From the NCBI GenBank assembly GCA_036522875.1, contig DATDEZ010000014.1:48050-112049 (forward strand): 64,000 nucleotides of DNA, in the 5' to 3' direction. A program made the position numbers and the translations under genes. The notes below the pieces were generated by a model, which saw only the letters and a program-made list of their open reading frames with translations, was not told the origin of the DNA and did no database searches. Below are positions 61,750 through 64,000 of this stretch, piece after piece. The first letter of the stretch is position 1; every line of letters begins with the position of its first letter. The stretch is from Gemmatimonadales bacterium. GTDB lineage: Bacteria; Gemmatimonadota; Gemmatimonadetes; Gemmatimonadales; GWC2-71-9.

Positions 61750-62817
61750 TTACTCTTCCTCGGCGCCCGTGAGCTGCGCCTGCGGCGCAACGCCGGGATC
61801 CACGATGCGCAGGTCGCCGCCCGGTGACTCCTCGAGCTGCATCCCGAAGTTCAGGCCTTCGCGACGGAGCAGCTCGGCGATCTCCCCCAGCGCCTTCTCG
61901 CCCACGTTCTTCACCTTGAGCAGATCGTCTTCCTTGTAGCGGACGAGGTCGCCCAGGGTGCGGATGTTGGAGTTCTTCAGCGAATTGACGGATCGCACGG
62001 ACAACCCGGCGTCGTCGATCGCGCGGTTCAGCACGTCGCGCAGCCGGCCGCTCTCGCTCCCGCCATTGCCGGACCCGCCGGCGTCGCCGGACACGATCGG
62101 CACCTTGCCGAAGTCGACGAAGAACCGGAAGTGCTCCTGCGCGAGCGCCGCGGCGTAGGCGACGGCGTCTTCCGGCGAGATCGTGCCGTTCGTCTCGACC
62201 GTCAGCGTCAGCCGGTCGTAGTCGGTCCGCTGGCCGACGCGGGTTTCGGCGACGGTGAAATTCGCGCGGCGGACCGGATTGTAGATCGAGTCCACGCGCA
62301 CGACGTCGACCGCGAGCGTCCGGTCGACCGGATGCTGCTCGGCCTCGACGTAGCCGCGGCCCTTGTTCACGTACAGCTCGCCCGCGATGTCGCGGTCGTC
62401 CTGCACCGTGAAGAGCAGCTGATCGGAGTTCACGATCGTCACCGAGCCGTGCTGCTCCAGGTCGCGGGCGTAGACGGGACCCGCCTTCTCCACCTTGAAG
62501 CGGAGGACGGCTTCGTCGACTTCGGGCACGAGCACCAGCGTCAGCTGCTTCAGGCGCTGGATGATCTGGTGCACGTCTTCGACGACGCCGGGAATGGTCT
62601 GGTGCTCGTGCACCACGCCGTCGATCCGGAAGGCCCACACGGCGGCGCCGCGCAGCGACGACAGCAGCAGCCGGCGCAGCGAATTGCCCAGCGTATACCC
62701 GTAGCCGCGCTCCAGTGGCTGGAGGCGGAACTCGGCCGAATTCGGGTTGTCCTCGCGCTTGGTCATCTCGACCAGATGCGGCCGGACCAACCCCGTCAAA
62801 TCAAGAGTCGTCATCAC
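61750..62817 (-). CDS. rpoA: DNA-directed RNA polymerase alpha subunit
   Basis: 355 aa. NTD (GYGYTLGNSLRRLLLSS) and CTD (LSVRSVNSLKNSNIRTLGDLV). Confidence 0.97.
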   Translation of the reverse strand: MMTTLDLTGLVRPHLVEMTKREDNPNSAEFRLQPLERGYGYTLGNSLRRLLLSSLRGAAVWAFRIDGVVHEHQTIPGVVEDVHQIIQRLKQLTLVLVPEVDEAVLRFKVEKAGPVYARDLEQHGSVTIVNSDQLLFTVQDDRDIAGELYVNKGRGYVEAEQHPVDRTLAVDVVRVDSIYNPVRRANFTVAETRVGQRTDYDRLTLTVETNGTISPEDAVAYAAALAQEHFRFFVDFGKVPIVSGDAGGSGNGGSESGRLRDVLNRAIDDAGLSVRSVNSLKNSNIRTLGDLVRYKEDDLLKVKNVGEKALGEIAELLRREGLNFGMQLEESPGGDLRIVDPGVAPQAQLTGAEEE

Positions 62818-63449
62818 TTGGAATAGAGCTCGACGATTAACTGTTCTTGTGCGGCGATCGGGATGGCGTCGCGGGTCGGCCGCTCCGTCATTCTCCCCAG
62901 CGCCTTATCGGTATCCACCTGAATCCACGAAACCGGCTGCCCGCGCGTGAACTGCTCGAGCGCGAGCTTCACCTGCACGAGCTCCTTGCTCGTGTCGGCG
63001 ACCTTCACTTCATCACCCAGCCGCACGCGATACGACGGAATGTCCACGGTGCGGCCGTTGATCTGAATGTGCCGGTGACGCACGAGCTGCCGCGCCTGCT
63101 TGCGCGACGTCGCGAACCCCATCCGGTACACCAGGTTGTCGAGGCGGCTCTCGAGCGCAACGAGCAGCGCTTCACCCGTGACGCCCGGCTCCTTCAGCAC
63201 GCGCTCGAAGATGTTGCGGAACTGCCGCTCCGAGAGCCCGTAGATCCGCTTCACCTTCTGCTTCTCACGCAGCTGCTTGGCGTACTCCGACGCCTTGCGA
63301 CGCCGGCCCGTCGACTGGCCGTGCTGGCCGGGCGCGTAGGCCCGCCGCTCGACCGCGCACTTCTCCGTCAGGCAGCGCGTGCCCTTCAGGAACAGCTTCG
63401 TTCCTTCGCGACGGCACAGCTTGCAGACCGGACCCGTGTAGCGCGCCAT
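62814..63449 (-). CDS. rpsD: 30S ribosomal protein S4
   Basis: 211 aa. MARYTGPVCKLCRREG and an S4 RNA-binding domain. Confidence 0.96.
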   Translation of the reverse strand: MARYTGPVCKLCRREGTKLFLKGTRCLTEKCAVERRAYAPGQHGQSTGRRRKASEYAKQLREKQKVKRIYGLSERQFRNIFERVLKEPGVTGEALLVALESRLDNLVYRMGFATSRKQARQLVRHRHIQINGRTVDIPSYRVRLGDEVKVADTSKELVQVKLALEQFTRGQPVSWIQVDTDKALGRMTERPTRDAIPIAAQEQLIVELYSK

Positions 63450-63452
63450 CGC

Positions 63453-63899
63453 TTAGACCCGCCGTTTCTTCGGCGGACGGCAGCCGTTATGCGGAATCGG
63501 CGTCACATCGCGGATCGAGCGAATCTGCAGCCCCGCGCTCGCGAGCGCCTGAATCGCGGATTCGCGACCCGAGCCCGGACCCTGGACGCGCACGTGCACG
63601 CGCTTCACGCCGAGGTTCAACGCTTCACGCGCGGCCTGCTCGGCCGCCACGGTCGCGGCGAACGGGGTCGACTTCTTGGAACCCTTGAAGCCGGCTTTGC
63701 CCGAGCTGCCCCACGTGATCGCGTTGCCCTGCAGATCACTGATCGTGATGAGCGTGTTGTTGAAGGTCGCCGTGATGTGCGCGACGCCCTCGGCCTCGAC
63801 GATTTTCTTCGCGCGTTTCGCACTCGGGGCGCGGACGGGCGTCGGCTTCGCCTCGGGTTTCGCGTCTGGCTTCGCGTCGGGTTTCGCTTCGTCAGCCAT
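63453..63899 (-). CDS. rpsK: 30S ribosomal protein S11 with repeat-containing N-terminal extension
   Basis: 148 aa. Core [18 protein letters not shown]...[14 protein letters not shown]-terminal (AKPD)x2-AKPE-AKPT. Confidence 0.95.
   Translation of the reverse strand: MADEAKPDAKPDAKPEAKPTPVRAPSAKRAKKIVEAEGVAHITATFNNTLITISDLQGNAITWGSSGKAGFKGSKKSTPFAATVAAEQAAREALNLGVKRVHVRVQGPGSGRESAIQALASAGLQIRSIRDVTPIPHNGCRPPKKRRV
63840..63887 (-). repeat. 4 x 12-bp tandem repeat encoding [16 protein letters not shown]
   Basis: Read directly on the coding strand: gcgaaacccgac gcgaagccagac gcgaaacccgag gcgaagccgacg. Confidence 0.8.
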
Positions 63900-63905
63900 G
63901 AGCCT

Positions 63906-64000
63906 CTACTTTTTCAGGACGGGCTTCTTCTTGCCCGCGATGGCGCGCCGCGGTCCCTTCTTGGTGCGCGCGTTCGTGTGCGTGCGCTGGCCGCGCACCG
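63906..64000 (-). CDS. rpsM: 30S ribosomal protein S13, C-terminal fragment (gene runs off window)
   Basis: Own translation: ...[29 protein letters not shown]-stop (TAG at 63908-63906), the conserved S13 tail. Operon order is rpsM-rpsK-rpsD-rpoA-rplQ. Confidence 0.85.
   Translation of the reverse strand, partial: VRGQRTHTNARTKKGPRRAIAGKKKPVLKK

Overview
This is a very GC-rich window (about two-thirds G+C by eye, not computed) of densely packed core chromosome from a Gram-negative bacterium. The protein repertoire looks Gemmatimonadota/FCB-like, but that is inference I cannot verify here. I call about 58 protein genes, and all but two (ppiD-like, rpmB) are on the minus strand. Many are joined by ATGA/GTGA/TAATG start-stop overlaps.

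Gene content in minus-strand transcription order:
- End of the alpha ribosomal operon: rpsM', rpsK, rpsD, rpoA, rplQ.
- A long nucleotide-sugar precursor chain with carB and murB embedded: gmd, rmd, carB, murB, wbpD/E/B/A-like, ugd, uxs, and a UDP-GlcA 4-epimerase-like gene.
- Two TPR genes, then bamD, nadD and secA.
- radC, rel, uvrB, tsaE, tsaB, rimI, ssb and a LysM protein.
- A ccsA-like gene, hemA and galE.
- A full Tol-Pal cluster (tolQ, tolR, tolA-like, tolB, pal, cpoB), followed by a TatC::LptD-like fusion ORF.
- hutH, hutU and hutI.
- Two large TPR/proline-rich proteins, a polyprenyl synthase and tatA.
- aroQ, pepP, accB, pilT-like, accC, comB-like, ftsK and an rsbW-like kinase.

I see no rRNA, tRNA, CRISPR array, transposase, integrase, phage or recognisable defence genes, so this is not an accessory island.

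The most unusual observations are:
1. An uninterrupted ORF fusing full-length TatC, through a signal-peptide-like segment, to a roughly 900-aa LptD-like barrel.
2. A PilT-family ATPase translationally wedged between accB and accC.
3. A one-nucleotide frameshift in hemA at a G4/C4 run.
4. A 100-nt carB/murB overlap carrying a 3 x 15-bp tandem repeat read in two frames.

Many long plus-strand ORFs in the track are antisense shadow ORFs typical of high-GC DNA. Several minus-strand track ORFs are over-extended at the 5' end, and I re-set those starts by reading the junctions.
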